In this document: piece by piece, positions 1-11,646 of the stretch
Position numbering within the stretch: the stretch's first letter is position 1
Layout: the number at the start of each line of letters is the position of its first letter
NCBI GenBank assembly: GCA_017654855.1
Contig: CM030334.1
Span: 2,480,001 to 2,544,000 of the forward strand
Source: Podospora anserina
Lineage: Eukaryota
Length of the DNA stretch: 64,000 nucleotides
Reading direction: 5' to 3'
The notes under the pieces: model-generated
The model's database searches: none
Seen by the model: only the letters and a program-made list of their open reading frames with translations
Told to the model about the DNA's origin: nothing
Program-made: the position numbers and the translations under genes

Positions 1-3000
1 CATGTTCTCCGCTTCCGGCTGCCAAGCATAACAGATATTGATGAGAGATGATATTGCCAGCGAATCTGGGAGGTTGAGTGAAATCACTTGTGTAAAAGTG
101 TTTTGCCATGGAAATACAGGCCTGATGCCCGGTTGGAGGCGTTGGTAGGTGTTCTTCATGAACACAGCGGGTTGTGCACCCCACACCATGGCTGCATCTT
201 GCAGAACCAATAATGGACTAGCGCAAGATCCACTGGCATCGCCTGCATGCGAAGCATCCACAGCATGCCTCAGCATCCTACCATCCCTGTCCGGCGCCAG
301 GGTTCAAAAAAGTTGGGCCGTCCCAGTCCCGCAACATTCTCACCAATCAGATAACACCGTTTTCAAAGACGACCGGCCGATGTCGCCAGCTCAAGCGCCA
401 AACCCAGGACACCAGGGAAAGCGTGCGGAGGAACGTCTCTGGGGTCCCTGTCAGCCGGTATCGTTCAACATGTCCGAAAACACCAGACAGCAATCACGGC
501 GATCCGCTTGAATAGACATGGAAGTAACAGAGAAAATCGCTGACACATGATACCAGCTAGCCAGATCAACATGGGGATCCCACCACGTGCCGCGAATAGG
601 TAGTGTAGTGTAGGCATCTTCCTCTCACCTCATAAACTCCCACTCTGTATGTCTTCCTCGAGAATGACGACTACCTAGGGAAAGCCACACGCTCATCATC
701 GCCCCCTACACCATGCCGGAGGTTGGACCCGTCTTGGCCCAATCTAGGGAGCTGGTCAGAAGAGCACAGAATGCTCGATTGGCGACGGATTGGCCAATGG
801 AAGATGAATGAAAATTCATCCAAGGTCACGACTGGACGGCACTGCACTGCAACAGAAACCAAAAATGGCGAGAGAAAAAAAGGACCGCATCCCATCTGCC
901 TGCCGCACGAGAGGGTAAACTGAGTTTCGGCACATCTGCATGCAGCTTTCTCACTGTGACCTCACCAAGTCCAACGAGTCGTGGAGAAGGCTGCTGTAAA
1001 AAGATTATCACAGAAAAGGCAGACTCTCAACCAATCACAACACACCAAGACCAGCCTCAACGTTCCTTATCTCGAACGAAGGGGTGGCCCCCGCAGCCCG
1101 ATCGCCTTACGCACAGACGTCACTGGTCTTTAAGACTTGGCCGGCTCCCCCTCCTCCACCACCACCACCCCATCTCATCCAGCGAAGGCCTGGGTTTTAA
1201 GCATATAAAGTGTGGTAGCTACTCACCCTACCTTGTCATCCCGAGATCACCGATGGTCGGCCGTATCGCCGCGGGTGGAAACAGTCCCATCAGGACGGAA
1301 ACTCTCGTCCACCTTCACCACACCCTCTGGCACCCGCATCATCTGAAGTTGGGAAAACGGTTTTCAGACCACGCGACAGCATCCCGCGGTGGAACGTTGC
1401 ATATGTTTGGCTGTCTTCTGCTGTGTTTCCCGTCTCAGCCAGAGCCGCAGGGCCGTATTTGGGGCAGAGGGTGATCCTGGCGACCTGAGACTCTTCCCGC
1501 AACGATGAACCCAAATTCCCCTCAAGGCGGGGTAGAGAGACGCGCAGTGGAACCCTGGCTTGGGCAAGGGGATGGGAGGCAAGGCTCCACTTCGTGGGGG
1601 GCGTTGCTGGAGGGTGACTGTATGAATAGACAGCAGCCATTCATCAGCAGCATGTTTGAGAGCCAAACATCTGATCTGCGTGCTTGTTCATGCCCGGAAT
1701 CGCTCCACCGGAGTTGGGAGTCATCGTGCTCTCTCCTTCTGGCTTCTGAGCTGTCGCCCGTTCCGCTGGCCGAGATCGGCGGGTTCCCGGTCTTTGATGG
1801 ACCTTGCCATCCAGACCGCCCGTTCAGCTATCGCCCGAGAATACCCTTTGACAAGGCTGCAAGGCCAGCTGTATGTGCCTTATTCCCAGCAGCTTTCCGG
1901 CCAGTCATGTTTAACAAGACGTAAGAATATTCTTTTTCCCTCTGTTCAACTGGTCACGGCAAAGATTGAGCACACGACCGGCTACGCGGCTCCCTCATGT
2001 CTCCCCACGCGCAGTCTTCCCCCTTTTGCCATTGCCATTCCGAGAAATTCCGAAGGGTGAGCTCGTTAGCGTGGCAGGCGAGAATTGGCTGCATGTTCAT
2101 TTACAGCGGCGCTCAGCGGGTGGCCTTCCATGCAGGTAGGGAAAGGCCCGCAAGGAGGCAATACTGAAGCATTCAGACGGAATTCAAGCTCTTGTGCAGG
2201 AGGTCAGCTTGCCATTATTACCTCACAAAAACTACGGTTTCCTGTGGGACCCTCGGGACGAAATGCCCCTGGATTTTCGTCGAGGTCCACGGGTCCGAAG
2301 GGATGGGTAATTCAAATCGAGTGATCCAGGTCGCACAATCTGATAATGATAACCCAACTTGTGTTGCCATGGTCGGGAGCTTATTTGGTAAGACGTCTTT
2401 TGTCTGCCATACCGGTTCTTGATAACTACCAGTCGGCTTCATCCACAATGACAGTTGTCTCGGCTGGTCCCGGAGAACACGGGACACAAGCTCGACTGAC
2501 TCTTCAGTTCACGGCAGGTTGAGTCGGATGCTATGAGCGTGGCGGGGCTTGTCTTGTCCACCACCACCGGGCTTGGTTGCTTTCACGAGGGTTTCCACAC
2601 ATGAGCTTACCCCTCGGTCTTGGTGTTGAGACGGGTACCAATGCTCCGACGAGCGACAGAGAAAACCCGTTTTCGTGCCGTTTACCGTTGGCAAGGAGCT
2701 TTCCTTAGGCAGTTATGTTTTGAAATGTCTTGAAACCCGAGGCCCAGACCACAGGTGGACGGCATCCAAACAGCACCGAGGCATTACCACTCTTGGTTCT
2801 CCCGGTGGCGAACAAAGAAATAAGGGCACCTATGGAGGGGTAGTCGCCAACAACCCCTCTATACTTTTCGTCCTGAAGGATGGCTGAATCTCAGGGTTGA
2901 CCTCAGGGACCCACGGGGAGTTAAAAAGCCAAGTTTCCCGGTGCGGGTGTGGACTGTGCGACCCCTGGCCCTTGGGAGCACAGACCATATCATGTCGCCG

Positions 3001-3330
3001 CATCGTGGGGTAAGTATCTTGTATACAGTATCAATACAGCTTGGATGGCAGAAGATGGCACTGTGGAATAAACAATTTGTCGTCATTCGTCCAGAGAGGT
3101 CGCGACTTTGAAGCGCGACAGCTCAAAGTCAACATTCATTGTCGCAACGACGAAGCTTGCAGTCACGGTTCAACAGTCACAACCAATGTTGTGATATCAC
3201 TTGGGACGACTGATTTTTAAATTGATCATAGTAGAAGAGATCCCCAACTACTTCAGCTACCAACCAGAAATGAGGTGCAAAGAGTCGACGTTGCAATCAA
3301 TCCATAACTGATAGCGAACTGTCCGCAACC

Positions 3331-4900
3331 ATGTTCTCTACCTTACCCGACCTCACCCCCCGAGATGTAAGCCCCCGTTTCCTCTCCCTCCTTTGCATTC
3401 TATCACTAACCCTCTCTCCTACAACAGAGCCACTCCTCATGGTACACCTCCCCCCGCCGCCCCCACCCCCCCCAACAATCCTACCACCCCTCCACAGCCT
3501 TCACCGAATCCTCCACCACCCTCGACAACAACTCCCTAGTCCCCCCTCCCCCTCCCCCCAACTCCCGCCACAACAACAAATCATCCTCCTCCTCCACCAA
3601 CTCAATCATCGACCGCTCCTTGTTAGGCCGCCTAAAAGCCGACGAGGACCTCATCCGCCGTCGCCAAGCCCACATCGCGACCCACGGCCAGCAATGGCTT
3701 AAACCCCCCGGTCTAGCCAAGACATTATTCCAGATGAGGGAAGAGAAACGTGAACAAGAGGAGCACGCCGAGGCGGTAAGAAGGGAGATGGTAGCGCAGG
3801 AGCTGGCCGAGGCGCAGGCTGCCGAGGAGGAGCAGGGTGTTGAGGAAGGTGAGGAAGAAGAGGGGATGGAGGTTGATTTGGATGGGGAGATTCCCGAGGG
3901 GATGATGGACATGGAAGAAGAGGATTTGGATGATGAAATTCTCGAGGGTGATCTTGATGATGATGATGATGATGATGATGATGACGATGATCTGGATGAT
4001 GCCGTGCCAGGGGAGGATTTGGATGATGAGATACCCGAGGGAGACTTGGATGATGATATACCCGAGGGAGGGGGGTTTGGGTATGATGGTGCGAGTGATG
4101 ATACGGACGAAGAGGAGGGGGATACGGAGCAGAACATCAACAACACTTTTCAAACCGCGCAGTTTGACACGTCGGGAGATGAAAGCAGTTCTGTCGACCC
4201 GAACGATGTTTCGCTTACCGAGGTGCAACAGCAGCGCCGGATGGAGAGGAGGGAGCTTCAGTCACGGGTGGCTACCGTTCGTGCGCAGGAGCAGAGGATG
4301 AGAGATCTCATGGCGCAGCAGAGCCAACCGAGACATGGGAATAACAACAGTAACGACGATGATTTGTATGGTGGGAATGACAATGACGACAACCACTACC
4401 GCGACGGAGGAGCGAATGACATGTTGGAAGAGGAAGACCTTGTTTCGTCTCGGCAGTTGGAAGGGGGGGTTGAGTCGGGGGATGATATGGACATGGAGGC
4501 TGACCTGGACGACGAGATTCCTGACGCGAGCGGGATCAGTGGGGTTAGCGGTGGTGCCGGGTTCGGGATGGACGGGGCGGGTTATGAGCATACTGACTCC
4601 GAGGCTGAGCTTAGCGATGATGGGACGCAGGGGAATGTTAGTCTTGCCAGAGGCGGGGGGAGTGTTAGACGGCAGCAGCAACAGCAGGCGAATTTCAGGA
4701 GCAGTGCTGTTGGCCCACCGCCGCAGCAGCAGCAGCAGAATTTCAGGAGTAGTGGGGGGAACTTTAGGAGCAGTGGGATGGGAAGGTTTGATCCTAGGTC
4801 GAGTCTGAATCACGATATTAGTGGGTTTTTGAGCTTGGACGGGAGTAGTATGATTGGGAGTAGTCCTCATGCTAGTTTTAGGAGGAGTCGACATGGTTAA
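3331..4900 (+). CDS. Apc15/Mnd2-like anaphase-promoting complex subunit with long acidic low-complexity tail
   Basis: Exon 3331-3366, intron 3367-3427 (GTAAGC..CTAAC..CAG), exon 3428-4900 in frame with the 3620 ORF. The N-terminus MFSTLPDLTPRDSHSSWY and the 'L..DE..I.RR...IA.HG.QWLKPPG..KTL' motif resemble fungal Apc15p-domain proteins. Confidence 0.75.
3956..3990 (+). repeat. (GAT)n trinucleotide microsatellite encoding poly-Asp
   Basis: About 11 GAT/GAC units inside the Apc15-like CDS. Confidence 0.9.
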
Positions 4901-5409
4901 GAAGGTTGAGTGGTGGTGGTCGAAGAGGGAGTGTGTGTGGTTTAGTTCAAGTATGATACCCATCTTGTTTGTCTTAAACTGGGAGTATGGCGTATCGTTA
5001 TGGAACCGGATTCATAGGGCTTTTTTGAGTTTTGTATTACACTGATGAAAGGCATGGAAGAGGCGCGAAACTGGTTGAGGTAGTCAAGCATTGCATCCCA
5101 TTTTCATTCACGCCCTGGCAGCATATCAAAAGTGAGAAAAGAATCCATGTACCAATATTAAATAAATTTGTAAACCAAAACATTACCAGGCCCGCCATTG
5201 CATGTCGAACAGAGCTTTATATAACTGGATGAAGCCAAGAAAGCAGAGTCAAACCCAAGCGCCCATGCATTTTTCACATCATTCTCCCACCCCTTTCCCT
5301 CCTTTCGTATTCACGTCCATCTTTTTTCCCTTTCCGCCCTCATCCACACTATTACTTCATATCCTTTTCCCCCACCAGCCGTCCATCCCATCAGTCTAGG
5401 TCAAACAGG

Positions 5410-6312
5410 CTAAAACAACCATACCCAAACAAACAAGACAATCACCGCCGCGAAAAACGCCAACCAAACCCTCCACCCAACCCCCGTCCTCTCGGCCATG
5501 ACCAACATCCTGTTCATCGTCCCCCTCAGTCTCAATCTCGTGTTATCAAAGCCCTCGTTCATCTTCTCCGCCAGCGCCGAGCTCTCCCTGATCTCGTCCC
5601 CAATCGCAACCGTCATGTCCTTGAGTATCCGGACCTTGCCGAGGATGCCGTCGACCTGGGCGTCGTTTTGGGATTCGAGCTCGTTGAGGACCGCGTCTGA
5701 GTATTGGCCCCTAGTTCCAGCCGAGCACCTTAGCGATTGGAACCACGAAAAAACAAAGAAAGGTAGAGAAGGGGTGGGAAAGGAGAGGGGGAAACACACT
5801 TTCGATTTGGAGTCGCTGACCGATACCCGCCATTGCCGGAACTCCCCTCGCCGATTCCTAGTGATGAACTGCCATTGTTGCTTGTGTACCCCCCGTAGCC
5901 ATACCCGCCGCCTGCTCGGCCGGGTTGGGAGTTGAAGGTTGATGGGGAGGCGGTGCGGGAGGAAGGGCCGCCGGAGTAGCCTTTGAAGAGGTCGGAGCGG
6001 GAGTCGCGTTGGTGGAGGGTTGAGGAGGGGAATCTAAGGGGGGTGTTAGTTATTGCTGGTAAGAGGGAGGTGACAATGCGGCGCGCCTCGAGGATGGGGT
6101 TGTCGTAGGGTGGGTTGCGCTGGCCATCGGGGTTCATGGCGCGGCAGCGGTTGCGTCGTCAAACTGGCAGAGTGAAGCCATCGCGGGTTCTTTGCATTCA
6201 ATGACGTTGGTGTCGCTGTCAAGAACCGTCGCGCACCACCCCATCCTATTCCCTTCGATGCGCGCGCGCGCGCGCAGGCAGAAAAAAACCCAAAAACTCA
6301 CCGAGAAGCCAT
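5410..6312 (-). CDS. BET1: Bet1-type ER-Golgi Qc-SNARE
   Basis: Exons 6312-6302 (ATGGCTTCTCG|GTGAGT), 6033-5800 and 5710-5410. Protein: MASRFPSSTLHQRDSR...YRSATPNRKGQYSDAVLNELESQND, then a SNARE coil and a C-terminal TM. Confidence 0.9.
6259..6276. repeat. Perfect (GC)8 palindrome TGCGCGCGCGCGCGCGCA
   Basis: Seen directly, inside BET1 intron 1. Confidence 0.9.
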
Positions 6313-7608
6313 CTTATCCTACCCCCTATCCGGTCGCCGGATAGTATTCTCTAGGTATTGTTCGTTGTATCGCAGCGCTATCTCCCAAACGACCCTCTAT
6401 CCATTATTATCCTTTCCCCAAACTGTGGCGCTCTCTTGTTTTGTCGCGAGTAGGAGTTGTTCGTGTGTTGTTGTAAGGTGGAACTTTTCCCCCAGCACCT
6501 GGCCTGATCACAAGGATTTAAGGTTTAGACTACGTGGTGCTGTGTAACTACCGGGTAGGTGTTCTTTAGGACGTACGTTGCCTGCTGCGTGCGCGTGGCC
6601 TGTAAGAGTGTCCTTTGTCCACCCCAAGCTTTCCGCACGATGTGACTGGCCAGCTTTTAAAAAGAGCCTCTCCCAAAATTTATGGGGGCAAAGGGGTAAG
6701 AGTCAAAAAACCAGCGAGAAAGGAGAACTTTTTTGTTGGCCAATTGAAGTCTCGATTTATTACAGCAAGCAATCCAACCCTTAAGGGGTTGGCTACCGGC
6801 AACGGAGCAGGAAACTAGAAAGTGTGCTCCGTGTTATAGTCCGCTAATTGTTGATCTCCAATCACTTGCTCTGCAAAACCCCTATTAGCTGCAGCTTTTA
6901 CTTTGCACATTGACATCTTCACTCTCAAGGTCCAACTGACGAGGCAATGCATGTGAACTCTCTTCCCCGTTGGGCTGAAAATGGATCTCACCAAACTCTG
7001 GGCATTCCCCAGTGGACCAAGCCTTACCAAAGCCAAAAATAAAATGCAGCAGGGGTAGTGCCGACGTTGACAACAGCTCCCTTCAGCAAAAAGGAGGGGA
7101 ACCCGGAAACACGGCATTGTTTACGAGGATGCAGCTTGACGTTCCATGAGGGGTGAGATGCGACTCGAAGATGCGCTTTTGAATTTCATAAACCGCAAGC
7201 CACATCCAATCCATAGCCGGAGAGAGCTAGACAATTCCCAGATCGCAACCCTCTCTACAAGGGTCGCATCCTCCTGTATAGCAAGCCCCCTCTGTTCAGA
7301 CCACAAAAGTCTTTTCTGTTCTTATAAATTTGTCCTCTTCTGTCCGAAACCCATTTCCCAAAACCACCCCTCCTGTGTATCAGACTAGATGAAATCGCAA
7401 TGTTTTATGAAAAAACCACACAACCAAATCATCCCTCCTGTATAGGAGACTGGCGAGAAAAGAAGCCATGGGCCCGGATCTGGTGTTTCTTCCTCAACAT
7501 CATTAAAGGCTCATGCTCATTTCAGTGTCGTAAATCAAAAAACGATGCCGCAAAGAAAGATCTGAAAACGTCAGAGAGAGAGAGAATGAAAGTGACGCTT
7601 TGGTGATT

Positions 7609-8118
7609 TTAGGCGTCCTTCATCTCCTCATCCGGAGCCTCGAAGTCGTCATCGTCCTCCTCGTCGTCGTCGCCCTCGGGAGGGTTCTCCTCGGCGGCCT
7701 TGGCGAAGTCGATGACCTTGCCGCGGGTGCGACGGCCAATGACGTTCTCGAGGTCGATCTCCTCCATGCCATCCTCCTCTGTGAGATGGTTAGTTATGCG
7801 ACTCGATATGACGTAGGCATTCTTTGTTTTGATTTAGGTAAACATACCAACTTCGGCCTCCTGTAGTAAACACTGTTAGCAAGTTGCCCCTCCTCCAAAG
7901 TAATAATGCGACTCGCGAATCGCGCAAGTGTCTCGAGTCGCAGCAAAAAGAAAACATACCTCCTCGACCTCCTCCTCATCGTCATCATCATCATCGTCCT
8001 CGACCATAGAGGTATCATCAACTGGCTGCTCGGCGCTCTTGCCCTTGCCCTTGAAATCGGTCTGGGCAGCGCCAGCCTCGGCAACCGCAGTGGGGTCTGT
8101 AGCACCGTTGGAAGCCAT
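7609..8118 (-). CDS. CHZ1: H2A.Z histone chaperone Chz1
   Basis: Exons 8118-7960, 7860-7848 (13-nt microexon) and 7778-7609. Acidic protein with the CHZ motif EEIDLENVIGRRTRGKVIDFAKAA. Confidence 0.88.
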
Positions 8119-8737
8119 ATTTGCGATTTGTTTGTAGTGTTGTGTTAGGATTGCAAGGTAGAAAACTCGCGAGTCGGACCGTGTAGAGTTTAAGGTTTGG
8201 AGTTTGCGTGTAGTGACAACGCAGAGCGGGGGCAGAATAGAAGGAAAGTAGGGGTGGAAGTCGTGGCAGATGGAGATCTGATGGTCGCTGCCGCAGTGCA
8301 CCTCTCAGCTTTATTATTGGAAAGCTTATTTGTGGGGCTGAGGTGCGGGCGAAACTGCGCTAAACTTTATCGGCTCGATCACCACTGGCAACCAGCTGAC
8401 AGGGGTCCGAGAGCTGACGGCAGTAGCCACCAGCTAGCCCACTGTGTGAGGGCTCGCGCTGCGCTGCGTCGCGCAAAGGCCATCGAATGATCAACAAGTC
8501 TAGAGCGGCAGCTTTGCCGCCGACCTGTGAATCGGGACGGGTGATTGTAGAGAGAGAGGAGCGACAGCTTGATCAGAGAAACCAGTCCGTGTCCATGGAA
8601 AAGAACAACAACAGCGCCTCCCTCTTGTTGAATACACAAACAGACCACCACACGCCATGACACAAGCCCCTAGAAAAAAGACAACAGAAAATGCCATAAT
8701 GAATGCCAAAAACTCATGATGATATGCCCAAAACCTC

Positions 8738-9432
8738 TCATTTCCCATCTCCACCACCTCCCAGCAGCAAAACAGCACCCAAAAGAATCGCCCACCAGTA
8801 CCTATTCTCACGTTAGCACACACCCCCATAATATCATCCATCATCGCCACCCACTTTTGAAGAAAACTCCTCTCCTCAACCTCCACCTTCCTCCCCTCAG
8901 CGCTCAGCACAACCGGCTTCCCCAACCCCGGCTGCCTCCCCCTCTCCATCCCCCTAACCACCACCCTCGGCCCAAAATTCCTCGTCTGCCCAGCATCAAC
9001 CCTCACCCCCCTCACCACAACCCCAACCACCTCCTCCCCCTTCTCATCCACATTCAGTACAAAGTTCGGCTGGTACCCCTGCCCAAAGTTCTCCACCGAC
9101 ACCACCGCCGCCGAGGAGGCCCATCTCCCTGTTTTCTCATCATACACCCCAACTCTAACAAGCTTCGTCTCGGGGTCGAATTCGGGGGGTTCATAGCTCA
9201 GGACGGATGGAGCTGGCGCATCCTCCTCTGAGGAGGGGTTGGTGGAAGAAGAGGGGTGGTAGTTTAGTTCGGCGAGGAGGACCGGCGGGGAGGAAGACGA
9301 GATGGGTTGAATGTAGACTGGTGCTATGCGCCCGGTGGAAGGGGAGGTATAGGTAACATCGTCGTCGTATTCTTGGGCCGTGACTGCTGTTGCGAGGGCC
9401 GCGAAGGCGGAGAGTAGGTGGGATGGCTTCAT
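8738..9432 (-). CDS. EMC10: ER membrane protein complex subunit 10-like type I membrane protein
   Basis: Signal peptide MKPSHLLSAFAALATAVTA. Removing intron 8854-8802 gives the C-terminus EERSFLQKYWWAILLGAVLLLGGGGDGK, matching the EMC10-like 'SFLQKYW' plus TM pattern. Confidence 0.72.
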
Positions 9433-10207
9433 GGTGGGCGGTTTGTGTTTCGGTTGTCGGTTGGAGACAAAAGCCGGCCGAGATTGGAATTGGATTGGTG
9501 ATGATGCTCCAGGTCTTGGCGTCGAGCTGAGGTGCACGTCCCCCCAAGCTTTTGGGCCAGCCGTCTTGGCACTGTGCTGAGGGATTGGCAGGGGTTCATC
9601 AACATCGTCTTTTGAACAACTGAGAATAAACGATATCATCACTGTTTGGCTCAACAGTCCAAAAATACCGTCGTCCGATGTCTTCAACATCACTTTTCCG
9701 AATTCCACCACCATAGTCTGAGAAAAACTAGAGACCTGTAACCTGATCGCTGTATTCAACGCTATATGCATATAAACCTCTTCGCTTCTCGTGGTATCTT
9801 CGCAACATCTTCTCTCACGCTTCTATGTCACCAGGAGCCTATCCTAGAATTCTTATATTCTTCTTTTTTTTTCTTCTCTCTCCATCCAAAACCCGATCAC
9901 CGCGCTGTTTTTTCACGTCTTTAGCGGCTTTCGCTTCCAAAATGGCCGCTATAGCTTCCCGTATACGGCGACGATCTGATTCCTCCAGCTCTTGCGCTTC
10001 TTTACAGATTGGGAAAGGCCCGGCTGCCATTATTGCGACTGCATGCCTTGGCGCACCGAGGCTAAACGGCGGGTTCTGTGGATCGTATATGCTGAGAAAA
10101 TCGATCGTAATAGCCGTCCCAGTCCAGTTTGCCGTGTGACGCACGTGAATTGCTTCATTCTTTCCCCATGGCAAAGACGGCAGGAAGGGCTCGCCAAGCG
10201 TAAGCCC

Positions 10208-11646
10208 CTAGCGATATCTCAAAGGTGAACGCCCTTCTTCCGATTGTTTGAATCGTGGTGATTGCACGCACTGGCTCCTTGTCTCCTCGTCGTGGCCCCC
10301 ATCATTATCACCATCCTCGTCGTCATCGTCCTCGTCGTCGAGCACATCGCTGTCATCGTCCTCTCCCTCGTCTTCGCCGTCGTCTTCGCCGTCGTCTTCG
10401 AGTGGAATCTCTTCTCGTTCAAGCACGTATCCTGGACACCGCTCCACAAGTCCCTTGTAGTACGACACAAGTATGTCTGGGTTGGGGACAATTTTCCAGT
10501 CCACCCTGTACAGGAACTCGAGCTCGAGCAGTTTAAGCTCGTTGACTTTTATTCCCCCGACTTTAGCGTAGGTCGAGTTGTTCCAGAAGGCGTCTGAGAG
10601 GCCCTTTGCTGCTACCGTGGCAGCCGTGATGAGGAACCGATGCACGGTCAGCGTGTTGATGGTGAATTCGGGGTAGCAGGCACATAGTCGGTCGATATAA
10701 TAAACCATGGAGAGTAGAAGTGGTGGGCTGAGAGTAGCATGTCTCGCTAGGCGGTGAAGGTAATCCAAAACTGAGATGCCAGGCGCCGTACTGGAACAAG
10801 TCAGCATGGAACTCGGACATTTGCAGCAGCAGCAACATACCGTGAGTGAAATCGTGTAAGATTGCCTGACTTCAGAGCAAGCACATCGTTGGTTTCAATA
10901 AGCTCTCCAAGCATATGCGCTATCAAAACAACCATATCTTCGGTGAGGCAAAATTCATATTTTCGTGGCAGTTCTTTCGACGGCAACTGTTCTGGCCTTG
11001 CGCGCTTGCTAGAGGGTGAGGGGTTTTGTCCCGCATCTCGTGATGGCGATGCGCCTCTGCTCCCTGGCCCCTGGGAGTTTCGCCGTTTTGAGGGTGAGGC
11101 GGCTACGGCCTCGGTATGCTGGTGCTGCTGCTTCGCAACGGCCGGCGGGACGGGCTTCTTGGTCGGGTCCGGTGTCACCGCCGCTGCTGGTGCCGCTTGG
11201 GCAGCGTAGTGGTCGCCGGGAGCAGCCATGGCTCGTGACTGCGTGGTCGGCGGGGTTTGGTGTGGTTGGGCTCCTTCGGGTTTGGTATGAGATAATGGTT
11301 CCCCTGTAGCATAATTGATACGTTCCATAGGTGAATACTGGGTTGCAGCGTCGACGGCTACATAGTGTTTCGAGGGGGGGATCGCGGACGCTATTGTCGT
11401 CGAGATGGTAGTGGTAGCGGTAGTGGTCGTGGTTGAGGTCGAGGGCCCAGCTATTGGGGCAGCAGCAGAAGCGACGGCGGATGACAATGGTGAATGCGAT
11501 TGTCGGCGAGACTTGGCAACAGCCTGGACCCGGGGAGAAGACTGTCTGGGCGAGGAGGCGGGAACATAGTGGCTTCCAATGTTGGGAAAGCTGCTTCTCG
11601 GGGAGGCATTGACAGAGGAGACGACCGGGGACGGTGTTAACATCAT
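10208..11646 (-). CDS. PHO80: Pho80-family cyclin (Neurospora PREG-like negative regulator of phosphate acquisition)
   Basis: Intron 10840-10791 joins LTRFHSR to TAPGISVLDYLHRL. Cyclin box motifs YYIDRL, TVHRFLITAATVAAKGLSDAFWNN..YAKVGG and LELEFL are present. Confidence 0.9.

Noticed and set aside
1-3300. Many short ORFs (60-170 aa) in the first 3.3 kb
   Set aside because: No recognisable motif, coding-like composition or consistent exon chain. Left unannotated; it may be a regulatory region of a gene outside the window.
6791-6812. SRP helix-8-like CCGGCAACGGAGCAG
   Set aside because: It lacks the CAGG 5' strand of the symmetric loop, and I found no UGUAA Alu motif at a suitable position.
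6929-7018. Hammerhead-like CTGACGA...GAAA...UC arrangement
   Set aside because: The stem I strands are not adjacent to the core and stem II is irregular, so it is not a canonical hammerhead.
8500-9771. 423-aa ORF as listed in the track
   Set aside because: It is over-extended. The signal peptide starts at 9432 and an intron changes the C-terminus.
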